In this document: positions 51,902 through 61,759 of the stretch, piece by piece
Numbering within the stretch: the first letter of the stretch is position 1
Layout: each line of letters begins with the position of its first letter
DNA from: a virus
Taxonomy: Duplodnaviria > Caudoviricetes
Length of the DNA: 64,000 bases
Strand: one strand, 5' to 3'
IMG/VR virus record: IMGVR_UViG_2751185783_000001
Coordinates: 1 to 64,000 of that record
Translations under genes and position numbers: made by a program
The notes under the pieces: model-generated
What the model was told of the DNA's origin: nothing
The model's database searches: none
The model's input: only the letters and a program-made list of their open reading frames with translations

Positions 51902-52763
51902 GTGGCGGAAGATCAAGACGTGGACCCGGTGTGGGAATGGGTCAAAGCCGAAGCCGACGCCCATCACGGCGGGGACCGGAAAGCCGCGGTCCGGGCGATC
52001 CTGACCGCCGCGTACGAGTCCGAACGGCGGCCCGGGGACCCGTGGGCGTACCTCGAAGCCCGGCAGCGCGGGCGGCCCGGCTCGGCCCGATTCTCACCGG
52101 CCGGTGCTGACCCGGTCGAGGGTGAGCCCTACTGATCGTGGCGGCCGGACAGTGCCAGCACCCGTCACAGTTCGTCCAGGTCGATGGCGAGGAACAGGCG
52201 CAGCCGCATCCCGCCTCCCGTTCCGGTTACACCCGGCCGGCACTCAATCCGCACCCGCCCGGCACCGATCAGGTGGAGGACCGGTCGGTTCGAGTGCGGG
52301 AGTTGTCATGCCGAAAGAACTGCTGGCGGGCCTGTTCGTGTACGGGACGCTCGGCGCTCTCGCGCTGTGGGCGCAGTACCTGTTCATCGCCGCAGCGGTA
52401 CGCCGGGGGATTCTGACCGCTCAGAAGGTCCTGGATCGGGAGGCGCAGCGACGCCCGGTACCGCCGAAGACGGCTCCGACCGTACCTGGGGCGCCCGGTC
52501 AGGCGTGGCTGCCTCAGCATCAGGGTTGACCGGTGCTGCCGGTTGCGGAAGCCGCCGCGAAAGGGCCGGGCGTGGCGGGGCTGCTGCTGTGCGGCGTGTT
52601 CACGATCCTCGGGGCGCTGCTGTTCTACTGGCTGATCGCGGCGTCCGTATGCCGGGGGATCGAGCTGGCGCAGCAGCGGGCGAAGATGCGCGCCCGGAAA
52701 CGGGCGGGTGTGTCTTTGCGGAAACAGTTCGCGGAGGACTGGGAGGAGAGGCGGAAGCGTTGA
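51902..52763 (+). other. Small moron-like genes (51902-52135, 52308-52529 TM, 52533-52763 TM)
   Basis: TAGGGT-N6-GTG; hydrophobic segments. Confidence 0.55.
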
Positions 52764-52803
52764 GCCCCAGGCTTCTGCGCCCCATGTCACCCTCTCGGAG
52801 GTG

Positions 52804-52844
52804 TCTCTAGTCAGCTATAGACATAATCTCTAGCTCGCTATAGA
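52804..52844. promoter_or_regulatory. Tandem operators TCTCTAG-NNN-GCTATAGA
   Basis: 52804-52821 and 52827-52844 upstream of the HTH gene. Confidence 0.7.
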
Positions 52845-52882
52845 TTTGGTGCATCAGGTTCCCGCCGACCACGGAGGACACG

Positions 52883-53284
52883 ATGCCCACCTACACCGTC
52901 GTGATCGAAGCCAGCAACAACGACGGCACCATCTGGCAAGCGCTCGCACCCAGCGAAACCGTCGAAGACGACGCCACCGCCGAAGACATCGCCCAGTGGA
53001 CCGCCAGCAACCAGAACATCGCCGAAGGCAACAACTGGCGCGTCCGCGTCTGGAACGGAGCCGACGCCGACATCCACACCACCCCGAACGCCGAATACGT
53101 GGCCGGCGAAGATGACCTGATCGCCGAACTCCGGATGGCCCGGCTTCGGATTGCCGAATTGACCGACCAGCGTGACAACCTCATCCAGCAGCTGATGGAC
53201 ACCGGCGTTCCGCGCGCCAGGATCGCGAACGCGGCCGGGCTGAGGGAAGCCCGTCTCTACCAGATCCGCGACGGCCGCCGGTGA
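52883..53284 (+). CDS. Two-domain protein with C-terminal HTH (paralogous to 15945-16148)
   Basis: RARIANAAGLREARLYQIRDGRR. Confidence 0.8.
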   Translation: MPTYTVVIEASNNDGTIWQALAPSETVEDDATAEDIAQWTASNQNIAEGNNWRVRVWNGADADIHTTPNAEYVAGEDDLIAELRMARLRIAELTDQRDNLIQQLMDTGVPRARIANAAGLREARLYQIRDGRR

Positions 53285-53333
53285 GTTCCTGGACCGCAGG
53301 CCCCAATCCTCATCTTTCCGGAAGGGCTCTCAA

Positions 53334-53699
53334 ATGATCACGCACATCGTCTACATCGGCACCGCGCCGGAAGTCCTGTCCGGCAACTGCTACGACCTCA
53401 CCATCCACCCGGTCACCCCGGTGGTCGTCGGTGTCGACGACGACAACAACGACATCATCCAGTACGAGCCCGGCGCGGACGTCGTGCTGAACACCGAACT
53501 GCCCGTGGCCGTCGGCAACGAACCCGACGAGGAGACGGGTGAGGAGCCGGTGACCCGCGCGATCTACGAGGCGGAGCAGCTGGTGCAGAAGGCGGGCTAT
53601 TCGCTGATCGATTTCGGCGGTACGGAGAGCGTCAACGATGAGGGCATCTGGTATGCGGAGACGAACGCGTTTTCCGCGTATCTGAGGTTCAACGGGTAA
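53334..53699 (+). CDS. Acidic hypothetical protein
   Basis: ORF followed by hairpin 53717-53741. Confidence 0.7.
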   Translation: MITHIVYIGTAPEVLSGNCYDLTIHPVTPVVVGVDDDNNDIIQYEPGADVVLNTELPVAVGNEPDEETGEEPVTRAIYEAEQLVQKAGYSLIDFGGTESVNDEGIWYAETNAFSAYLRFNG

Positions 53700-53857
53700 A
53701 CGGTTCGTGGATTGCGCGGCCCCCGCTTGGGGGCCGTTTCCATGTGCGGGTTCGGTGGGGATTGCCGCAGCTCAGCCCGGGTGTTGGCGGCGGGGTGCGC
53801 CCACAAAGATCCACATAGGGCGTGGGAGAATCAGGAGGTCATAAATAGAGATCCCCG

Positions 53858-54646
53858 GTGAGTTCCCGCGAGGGAACCAACCGCAAGGTGGTGGAACACC
53901 AAGCGCACCGGGGCTGGACGCCTTACGAGGAGGCTTCCGATGGTTATTTTGTCATGCCCGCACTCTGTCCGCGTGCCTACGGGGGCAGCGGCGTGAAGCG
54001 GCTGTTCGACCTCGACAACGAAGAGATCCCGTTCATTCGGCGCTGGAACGCGCTCACCGCGGTTCTGCTGGTCGAGCCTTCCGTCAAGCTCGTCGCCCGC
54101 CTCGCCATGGACTTCGCCGACTTCGACGACGGCGCGTCGTGCTTCCCCAGCATCGAGATGATGACCCGCGAATCCGGGCTCAGTGACCGAACTGTCCGGA
54201 ATGGCTGGGCCGTTCTTCGGGGACTCGGCATGGCCGTCCGGGTGTCCCGGGGCGGCTCGTATCGCGGACATGCCGACGAGTACCAGTTGCAGATTCCCGA
54301 CAACTGGCGAACATTGCCCCTGCTCGGACCTCACCGCCGCAAGTTCACGTGCCCCGGCTGCGGGAACCTGTTCAACCCGGACGCCCACAGCATCCTCGCG
54401 GACAGGCTCAAGGGCAGCGCCAAGCCGGACGGCAGGCCGCGCGCGAAGGCGGGCGACGGCGTCGCGTGGATCATTGGGCGATTGGCGTTCTGCTCGTGGC
54501 CGAGCAGCACCGGCCGCAAGGGAAGCCGGGCCTGCACTGACGCGTGGGATGTGAAGCGCCGAGAGAAGGGCGAAAAGGTCTGGGATCAGACCGACGCCTC
54601 GGGGAAGTGGGCAGTGTTCTGGGAGGCGCAAGGTGATCCCTGGTAG
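53858..54646 (+). CDS. HTH_36-like (phage replication initiator-type) protein with CxxC
   Basis: A.FDDGASCFPSIEMMTRESGLSDRTVR.GW..L..LG; followed by iterons; start uncertain. Confidence 0.75.
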   Translation: MSSREGTNRKVVEHQAHRGWTPYEEASDGYFVMPALCPRAYGGSGVKRLFDLDNEEIPFIRRWNALTAVLLVEPSVKLVARLAMDFADFDDGASCFPSIEMMTRESGLSDRTVRNGWAVLRGLGMAVRVSRGGSYRGHADEYQLQIPDNWRTLPLLGPHRRKFTCPGCGNLFNPDAHSILADRLKGSAKPDGRPRAKAGDGVAWIIGRLAFCSWPSSTGRKGSRACTDAWDVKRREKGEKVWDQTDASGKWAVFWEAQGDPW

Positions 54647-54649
54647 GGC

Positions 54650-54749
54650 GGTAACGGTTACCGGATGGTGGTAACGGTTACCGGTAGAGGGTGGTAACGG
54701 TTACCGGACCCCCTGGCAACGGTTACCGCACCCGGTGGTAACCGTTGCC
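54650..54749. repeat. Five palindromic iterons GGTAAC-G-GTTACC at 20-23 bp spacing; putative origin
   Basis: 54650, 54670, 54693, 54715 (variant), 54737 (inverted variant); followed by an A/C-rich tract with ACTCATA..ACCA repeats. Confidence 0.85.
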
Positions 54750-55084
54750 GACCACCTACTCATAGACCAACTCATAAGACCAAATCATCAAACCGTGTCC
54801 CGCGCTGCGCTTCGCTTCGACGCGGGCGCGCACGACCGAAGGAGCGATGGGGGAACTGTCCGGGACAGTCCCGGACAGACTCAGGACAGGTGAGGCATCC
54901 AACCCAAACCCGCACCGGGAGTGAGCGATCCGACCGGCCCGTCGACTGCTTGCTCCCGGTGCGCCTTTGACCTTCAACCACGCACCGACGGAAGGTCAGC
55001 GTCCGGCTCGGCTGCCCGTCTACCTCCCGGCGGGCGGTGCGCAGTCTGCGAAGCCCGTGCGATGTCGGGTGCGAAGCTCGCCCG

Positions 55085-55378
55085 TCAGGTAATCAGCCCC
55101 TCCGGCCATGCCGGGGGAGGCGGTGGCTGCCCGTCGGCGATGTGCCGGCGCAGCGCACCGATGTAGTCGCCCTGGATGCGCTGGGTTCGCCGCAGGTCGG
55201 CGACCTCGCCCCGCAGGGCGGCGATCTCTTCTTGATGCTGGTCGATCATCTGCTGCCCGGCGTCCGACCGCAGCTTCCGGTTCGACCCGCGATAGGTGAA
55301 GTAGGCGGCGGCGACCACACCCAGCAGCGTCAGCGCAGGGCCGAGGAGGCTCAGGAGCGGGTCCACGACGGCTTCCAT
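55085..55378 (-). CDS. TM plus coiled-coil lysis-cassette protein
   Basis: N-terminal TM, heptads, PPPPP tail. Confidence 0.7.
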   Translation of the reverse strand: MEAVVDPLLSLLGPALTLLGVVAAAYFTYRGSNRKLRSDAGQQMIDQHQEEIAALRGEVADLRRTQRIQGDYIGALRRHIADGQPPPPPAWPEGLIT

Positions 55379-55779
55379 CCTCCCGGAATGGGGCGGCGGG
55401 CCGCCGGTGGGATCCCTCCCGCCACCAGGTAGACGAACGCGGCGAACGCCAGCCAGATCACCGCCGACACGTAGCCGCGGTCAACCTGCCCGGCGATCCA
55501 CCCGAACAGGGCCAGCAGGCCCCAGGCGACTTTCAAGGCGACGGCGGCCATGAACGCAACCGTGTCGTAGGTGCGGAACGCGTAGATCAGGCACACCGTC
55601 CCGACCGCACCCCACACGGCGGCCCACGCCACCAGGGGCAGGACGGAACCCATGTACTCGTAGAACGCGACCATGGGCCGGGTGGCGGTGAGGAGCCCGT
55701 AGCAGTAGACGGCGTCGAGGACGAAGAAGAAGATCAGGGCTGCGCCGCGCCGGCCGATCCGTTCGGACAGGCCGCTCAC
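55351..55779 (-). CDS. 4-TM lysis-cassette membrane protein (holin-like)
   Basis: Hydrophobic; directly after the endolysin. Confidence 0.7.
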   Translation of the reverse strand: MSGLSERIGRRGAALIFFFVLDAVYCYGLLTATRPMVAFYEYMGSVLPLVAWAAVWGAVGTVCLIYAFRTYDTVAFMAAVALKVAWGLLALFGWIAGQVDRGYVSAVIWLAFAAFVYLVAGGIPPAARRPIPGGWKPSWTRS

Positions 55780-56612
55780 CGGGACGGGGCCGCAAGTTCA
55801 CGCAGCGCCCCGACGAACGCAGCCTGAAGCTGGGCGGGGGTGACGTTGATGCCGGGCAGCAGCGGAGTGAGCGCCCGGGCCAGTGCGGTCTCGTCGATCA
55901 GGTCTTTCGCGGCGAGTGCCGCCACCCCGGTTTTGGCCTGTCCGGCGCTGTCGCGGCCGGCGACCGCCGCGTTGAGGATGTTCAGCAGGAACGAGTTGAC
56001 CGTCCAGTGCGTGTTGGGGGTGCCGTCCGCGTTCTTCGACCCGGCCGGTGCGGGCACCACACCGTCGGTGCCGAGGACCGCGGTGGCGAGGGCGGCCCGC
56101 ACATCCTGGTCCTTCAGCAGCGCCAGGAATTCGGCTTTGGTCATGGTGTCCTCCTCGGCGAGGCCCCACGGCCTGACGTCGTTTTCTTGGGCGGTGGTGT
56201 AGCGGGCGGAGAAGTGCGCGTGTTCGGTGTGCGGGGACGCGCCGCTGTACGCGCGCCACGTCCAGCCCCACGACCGGGAGGCGATCCGCCGGTCGTAGAT
56301 GATGTTCTGCAACCGGTCGTCGGCCCCGGCGCGATGCCGGTCGGCGATGGTCTGCACGATCCGGCCCATCGACCAGCCGGCAGGCCACGGCCCGCTGGAG
56401 TCGACGTCGATCGCATGGACCTCGTCCACCGAGTCCGCATCCTTGCCGCGCAGCTTCGGCGACGACTCGTCCGGCAGATGATCGGAGGTGCCCGCCGCCT
56501 GGTGTGCCAGGTCGCCGATTGCCCCGTCTGACCGTTTGTCCCGGCCCGGCGCCAGGCGGTCGATCTCAGCGCGCAGGCACACCAGGCACGGCACGAGCAC
56601 CCAGCCCGCCAT
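55776..56612 (-). CDS. Endolysin (M15-like Zn peptidase)
   Basis: SDGAIGD.AH...SDH...VHAIDVD...HTEHAHFS. Confidence 0.8.
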   Translation of the reverse strand: MAGWVLVPCLVCLRAEIDRLAPGRDKRSDGAIGDLAHQAAGTSDHLPDESSPKLRGKDADSVDEVHAIDVDSSGPWPAGWSMGRIVQTIADRHRAGADDRLQNIIYDRRIASRSWGWTWRAYSGASPHTEHAHFSARYTTAQENDVRPWGLAEEDTMTKAEFLALLKDQDVRAALATAVLGTDGVVPAPAGSKNADGTPNTHWTVNSFLLNILNAAVAGRDSAGQAKTGVAALAAKDLIDETALARALTPLLPGINVTPAQLQAAFVGALRELAAPSR

Positions 56613-57322
56613 CAGCCCACAGCCCTGTTCGCCTCGATCTGCCGCACCCGCCGCGCCGTCTCGATCGACTCTTCGGCGACACTGTGATGCCAGTCGTCGT
56701 GGAAGACACGGCCTTTCTCCGGGACCGCCACACCGCACACCATGCACGGGTAGAGCAGTGTTCCGGCGGGCAGCGGGATCGGCCCGATACAAATCAGACT
56801 CACGGCGCCTCCTCCGCGTCCTCGAAGCCGTCGCACGGGTCGCCGGCATGCGCCTCAGGGGAGTCGCCCAACGACACGACCGGCATCGGATCCGCGTCGA
56901 GGGGCAGCCGGTCCCAGTCGATGCGCCGTTCGCCCGTGGTCGGCCCGTGCGGGTAGATCAGGCTGTTGTCGTGGGACGTGTCGAGCAGCCACGTTCTATC
57001 GGGGCCGGGCAGATAACGCCAGGCCAGGCCGTTCAGCTTGTCGACGGCGAGGAACCCGTCCGGGTGGTCCACCGTCACGAGCTCGCCGCCGAGTGGGCCG
57101 CCCACGCAGCGGCGGTCAGGGGATGGAGAGGTCGACACGTGTCTCCTCCGGATTCCCGAACGCACGGTACGGCGCCTGCTGTGGGAGTGGTGCGGCGCGG
57201 GCGGTCAGCCGCTGGATCTCTTCTTCCTGCCGGGCCACCAGCAGCCTGAGTCTCGCGATCTCAAATTCGATCGGGTAGTCCGTCTGGATCTGCTTCAGCA
57301 GGTCGTCGGCGTCGAGATGCAC
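56612..57322 (-). other. Small late genes (about 56612-56803, 56800-57138, 57116-57322)
   Basis: Coupled ORFs between tail and lysis genes. Confidence 0.55.
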
Positions 57323-57394
57323 CGCGGCTCCTCTCGTTGCGGAATCGACTAACGTCGTTGGGTGATGTGCCCCCGCGCCCCGGGAGGACCGGCG

Positions 57395-57853
57395 ATGCCC
57401 GACGACACCGACCAGATCACCGTGGACGTCATCCACCACACCGGCACCGGACCCGACAAACGCACGCAGCAAAAGATCACCCAGAAGCCCGGTGAGCAGG
57501 TCACCGGTGACCTGCGCTGCCAGGAATGCGGCCCGGTGCGGACGGTCATCCGGTCCAGCCGCGACCATCGCGCCCGCATCTACGCGTACCGCACGCTCGG
57601 ATACGCGGCTGCCGGATGCGCGGTCCTGGCCGTAGCCGCACCGATCGTGAACCCGCACATGCCGACGGCCCTGCTGGTCACCTGCCTCGTGCTGGCCGCG
57701 GTGTTCGCGGTCTCCGCGATCTGGTGCACGAAAGCCGCCGCGACTGTGCCGCTGTGGGTAGGGCCCCTGCCGGGGCCACACGACATCAGGCCCGGCCGGG
57801 CACCTCAGCAGTGGGGGCCGCGCTTCGAACGCCGGAAACGACCGGGCCGCTGA
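57395..57853 (+). CDS. Antisense moron: CxxC plus 2-TM membrane protein
   Basis: GGAGG RBS; opposite strand inside the late operon. Confidence 0.6.
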   Translation: MPDDTDQITVDVIHHTGTGPDKRTQQKITQKPGEQVTGDLRCQECGPVRTVIRSSRDHRARIYAYRTLGYAAAGCAVLAVAAPIVNPHMPTALLVTCLVLAAVFAVSAIWCTKAAATVPLWVGPLPGPHDIRPGRAPQQWGPRFERRKRPGR

Positions 57854-57979
57854 CACCGGCAGGTCACCGGTGGCCGGCGGGGATCCGGTCGCAGTGCCGG
57901 CAGAAGAACAGCAGCCAACCCGTCGGGGCCTGCCGGGCGTACATGGCGAGCGGGCACCATGCGCACCTGCGCAGGCGGG

Positions 57980-58414
57980 TCACAGCGGTTTGGCGAGGAA
58001 CGCGAGCAGGCCGGGCGTGCGGGCCTGGTATTCGGTGATGCTGGCGTCGTAGAACTTCTTCAGCCCGGTCCGCAGGTCCGCCCCGGGCACGCCCAGCTTC
58101 AGCAGGTACAGGCCCTGGTCGTAGAACACCTGCCGGGCGTCGAGGTTGACCCAGCCGCCCGGGCCGGGGATAGCGTTGACCGCGGCAACGTTCGGATCCA
58201 CCTGCGGCTGGACCAGCCACTCCAGGCCGGACGATCCCTGCCGCACGTAGCCCCACAGGGTCACACCCGACACGGTGATCGAGTCGATCGACGTGGGCAG
58301 CGGCGTACCAGCCGGAATGGCGATCATCCGCCCGGCGTACTGCTGCTGCCCGGACGGGGTGTTTCCGTCGACGGCGATCGTCAGCCAGGTCGGATTGCCC
58401 AGATTCACAGGCAT
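57980..58414 (-). CDS. Putative tail-associated protein
   Basis: Follows the tail fiber gene. Confidence 0.6.
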   Translation of the reverse strand: MPVNLGNPTWLTIAVDGNTPSGQQQYAGRMIAIPAGTPLPTSIDSITVSGVTLWGYVRQGSSGLEWLVQPQVDPNVAAVNAIPGPGGWVNLDARQVFYDQGLYLLKLGVPGADLRTGLKKFYDASITEYQARTPGLLAFLAKPL

Positions 58415-58427
58415 GACGGGGGTCCTT

Positions 58428-61034
58428 TCAGCTCATCCACGGGCCGATGCCGGTGGTGCCATTCCCGCCGAGGGTGATCCACCGATACTCGTAGTCGACG
58501 CCGGACGCCGGCCCCCAGTCGGCGTGGACGGCTGCGGGTGGGGCGCCGGACAGGATCCGCACGCCCGGGTCGGTGTTGGCTTCGCGGAGGTCCACGTCGT
58601 CGACGTAGAACGCATCGCCCACCGCGGGTGTGCCGGTCAGGCCGATGACCGCCGCGGCCCGTGCCGCCCCGACCACAGACGATGGGTCGCCGGTGTATTC
58701 GACGTACATCCACGCGCCCGCGATGGCATTACTGACGGTGGCGCCTTCCTGCGCGAGGTAGGTGCCGCCAGCGTCGAGCCAGTTGACCTGCACCCGGATC
58801 GCCTTGTTGGACGTGTCCGGGCGGATCCACCCGGACACGGTGATACTGCGTCCGCGGGCGATGGTGTCGGTGATGAGCGGCTGCACCGAGTTGATGACCT
58901 GCGAATCCGCCGCGGCGCCAGTGGGTACGAGCCGTGCGGATCCGGCGCCGGAACGGGCCTGGGCGGTGGAGTAGGACAAGGTGCCGCCCTGGCCGAACCA
59001 GCCGGTCACGTTGCCAGCGAAGCCCGGGTTGGTGAGCAGATTCGCTGTGGTTTTCGGCCGCCGGTAGAGGTCCTGGGTGACGATCGCCGCTTGTGCCCCC
59101 ACCGCGGCTAGCGAGCTCGAGGTGACGGTGATGGTGCCCGCGGCGGTTGACGGTGTGAACGCGGAGATCACCGCTGGTGGTGCGTTGTATTGGACGGTGA
59201 ATGACCTGGTCGTGTCCGCGCTGGGCAGCTGTTCCAGGTTGTACGTGTTGAGGGTGGCCGTCCAGCCGGTGACGTTGCCCAGCCGGTACGGGATCGTGTA
59301 TTCGGTGGCGTCGAAGCCCATCATCGGCCCGGAGTCCCACACGACCAGGCCGCCCGGATTGGTGGCCAGGCGGATCCGGACCCCGGTCTGTTCGGCAACC
59401 GTCCACTGCACGGTGACGGTGTCCGCGGTCAGGACAGCCGCGGCGGCGGGGGAGGTGATGGTCGGGTTGACCTGCACGCTCGGCACGAGGACCAGGGCGG
59501 TGGAGTAGCCGGCCGACGCGGTGCCCGCCGAGTCCCACACTTTGACCCGGTAGGTGTGGTTGGCGTCCGAGCCGGAACCCCACGCGGTGGCGAGGGTGAC
59601 GTTCGGGTTGACGGACGCGTTCTGCACCTCGGACGCCTGCCAGGTGCTGTCGGAGGCCCGCCAGTAGGCGATGGTGCCGGCGCCGATCTGCCGGGACAGG
59701 GCGTATGAGCCCTGCGTCTGACCAGGGTCGGCATCAACGAATGACCACACCAGGGGCAGGGCTGCGTTGACGTTGGCCGGGCCGCCGCTGGTGTACGCCT
59801 GCCCGCCGGTCTGGAACTGGGCGATCGACGGCGGGGTCGCATTACTTTGCGCCGTGTGGGTGATCGTGTACGGGCTTGAGCTGCCGGACACGGTGAACAG
59901 ATCGAAGCGGGCGTTTCCGCCATTGCCGCCTCTGCGCACACCCCATTCGGTGGCGGACGTGACCGCGGTGGCGACGGCGATCGACCAGGATCCCCACGTG
60001 CCGGTGGCCCGCACGTAGTCGACCTGGTAGAGGACGGCGGTGGAGGTGCCGACCGCGTAGATCCGGATGTCTTTGGTGGCCTGGTCGTAGGTGACCGCGC
60101 AGTTACGGATCACGCCGGTCGGATGTACCGGCGAATCGAAGGTGGTGGTGACCGTGTTGGCCTTGTTGCGCTGGTACACGCGCACCACAGTGGTGTCGTC
60201 GGGGGAGGGGACCGCCATCAGCCACTGCTGCCCGTCCCACCGCCCGGCCGTGAAGTCCTGCGACGACGGCAGGGTGGAGCGGATGACTACCGGGTTCGCC
60301 GGGCCTTGCCAGCCGGCGGTGCCGCTCATCCACGCGACTTTGACCATGCGGATTTCGGGGCGGCCCCACGTGACCCACACGTTGGGGGTGCTGGTGGTGT
60401 AGCCGTCGCCGTTGTGTTCGACCTCGATGGAGATCCCGCTGCGGCCTGGGTTGCCTGCGGACGTCCACATGCGGGTGCCGGTGATCAGCCCGTTGTTGAG
60501 GTAGATCTCCCCGGCGTTCTTGCGGATGCTGACGCCGTGTAGGTAGACGCCGTGGGTGGACGCGGTTGTGTCGGTGTACGCGGCGCCGACGATGATGGCG
60601 TACGCGCCGTCGGGATGCCGGTAGACGGCGAGGTCGACGCCTTGGAATCGGGCGCCGGGAATGCCGCCGTTCGCCGGGCTGCCGGACACCTGCAACGGGC
60701 TCGACCAGGACGCGTTGGACAAATTCAAACGCCGATACCAGAGGGTGTCGACCCCGCCGCCGCCGGTCGTGCCGACCCGGTAGGCGAGGTGCAGATATCC
60801 GGCCGTCTCGAAGATCGGCGACGACCACTCCTGCAACCCGGTCACCGTGATCGACGCGTACGACGCCCACGAGCCGCCCTTGTCGACGCTGCGGTAGACG
60901 GTCAGGACCGTCGCCGCGGTACGGACCAGCGTGAAGTAGTGGTCCGTGGTGGCGTTGACGTACCGGCGGGTCATCGTCGGCACCCCGGGCGGGGCCAGAC
61001 AGTCCGCGACGGTCGACGTGCCCACAGCAGCCAC
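58428..61034 (-). CDS. Minor tail/receptor-binding protein (Asp-box beta-rich N-terminus, Ig/FN3-like repeats, CBM-like domain)
   Basis: YRSVDKGGSW; YRVKVWD; NLLTNPGF..GW...YVDDV. Confidence 0.8.
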   Translation of the reverse strand: MAAVGTSTVADCLAPPGVPTMTRRYVNATTDHYFTLVRTAATVLTVYRSVDKGGSWASYASITVTGLQEWSSPIFETAGYLHLAYRVGTTGGGGVDTLWYRRLNLSNASWSSPLQVSGSPANGGIPGARFQGVDLAVYRHPDGAYAIIVGAAYTDTTASTHGVYLHGVSIRKNAGEIYLNNGLITGTRMWTSAGNPGRSGISIEVEHNGDGYTTSTPNVWVTWGRPEIRMVKVAWMSGTAGWQGPANPVVIRSTLPSSQDFTAGRWDGQQWLMAVPSPDDTTVVRVYQRNKANTVTTTFDSPVHPTGVIRNCAVTYDQATKDIRIYAVGTSTAVLYQVDYVRATGTWGSWSIAVATAVTSATEWGVRRGGNGGNARFDLFTVSGSSSPYTITHTAQSNATPPSIAQFQTGGQAYTSGGPANVNAALPLVWSFVDADPGQTQGSYALSRQIGAGTIAYWRASDSTWQASEVQNASVNPNVTLATAWGSGSDANHTYRVKVWDSAGTASAGYSTALVLVPSVQVNPTITSPAAAAVLTADTVTVQWTVAEQTGVRIRLATNPGGLVVWDSGPMMGFDATEYTIPYRLGNVTGWTATLNTYNLEQLPSADTTRSFTVQYNAPPAVISAFTPSTAAGTITVTSSSLAAVGAQAAIVTQDLYRRPKTTANLLTNPGFAGNVTGWFGQGGTLSYSTAQARSGAGSARLVPTGAAADSQVINSVQPLITDTIARGRSITVSGWIRPDTSNKAIRVQVNWLDAGGTYLAQEGATVSNAIAGAWMYVEYTGDPSSVVGAARAAAVIGLTGTPAVGDAFYVDDVDLREANTDPGVRILSGAPPAAVHADWGPASGVDYEYRWITLGGNGTTGIGPWMS

Positions 61035-61047
61035 AGCGCGCCTCCTT

Positions 61048-61746
61048 CTACAGGACGGGTTGGTTGGCGCGCACGCCCTCGTCGATCTCCACCTGGAACC
61101 AGGCGTTGTGGTCGGCGGTGATCGACCCGGTGCCGGAGATGCGCCGCCACCGCAGTGTCGCCGTGTACGTCCCCGCCGGGACGTTGATCAGCCGTCGGGC
61201 CCCAGAACCGGCCCCGTACACGCTGGCCTGCGAGAAGTAAATGAACCCGACCGGCACGTCCGTCGGCGTGTACCCGGCGCCGCCCGCTGTCGGGGTGAGC
61301 CGGACCGCCCACCCGGCGCGGGTGAACGTGCCCGAACTCATGGCCATGAACGTGGCCGACAGGCGCACATATGTGCCGTCGTACATTTTCGAGAAGGAGA
61401 AGGACCCGAACTCGGTGAGATCCACGAACGTTGCGGACGTCATGCCCGCGGTCGTCCCGCTGAGGCCCTCAACAACCCGGGACGCCTCGCCGAAACCGGG
61501 CCCGGCGAACGCCCCGGTGACCACCCAGTCTTTGCCGTATTTGTCGAGCGTGACCCGGTGGCCCTGCCGCGCGAACACGCTGCCGAGGATCTTCACCGGC
61601 ATTGCCGTGGCGGCCCCATCGAACAACACGGTCGCGCCCGGTCCGCTGGTGTCGACGTCCACGACGGTGCCGGTTGCCCGGGTGGTCTGGCCGGCGAGGC
61701 TGATGCGCTGATCGACGATGGTGATGAGGTCTTCGGAATACGCCAC
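61048..61746 (-). CDS. Minor tail protein
   Basis: N-terminal OB-like ATGTVV...V..GHRV.L...WVV.G, C-terminal beta-sandwich; position in the tail operon. Confidence 0.7.
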   Translation of the reverse strand: MAYSEDLITIVDQRISLAGQTTRATGTVVDVDTSGPGATVLFDGAATAMPVKILGSVFARQGHRVTLDKYGKDWVVTGAFAGPGFGEASRVVEGLSGTTAGMTSATFVDLTEFGSFSFSKMYDGTYVRLSATFMAMSSGTFTRAGWAVRLTPTAGGAGYTPTDVPVGFIYFSQASVYGAGSGARRLINVPAGTYTATLRWRRISGTGSITADHNAWFQVEIDEGVRANQPVL

Positions 61747-61759
61747 CAGCAGCCCCCTT

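Noticed and set aside
54650-54749. Palindromic repeats as a CRISPR array
   Set aside because: 13-bp units with 7-10 bp spacers are far too short and no cas genes are present; iterons fit better
54855-54890. GGACAG repeats resembling the 38525 inverted-repeat units
   Set aside because: Only a 6-bp match in GC-rich DNA; too weak to link the two origins
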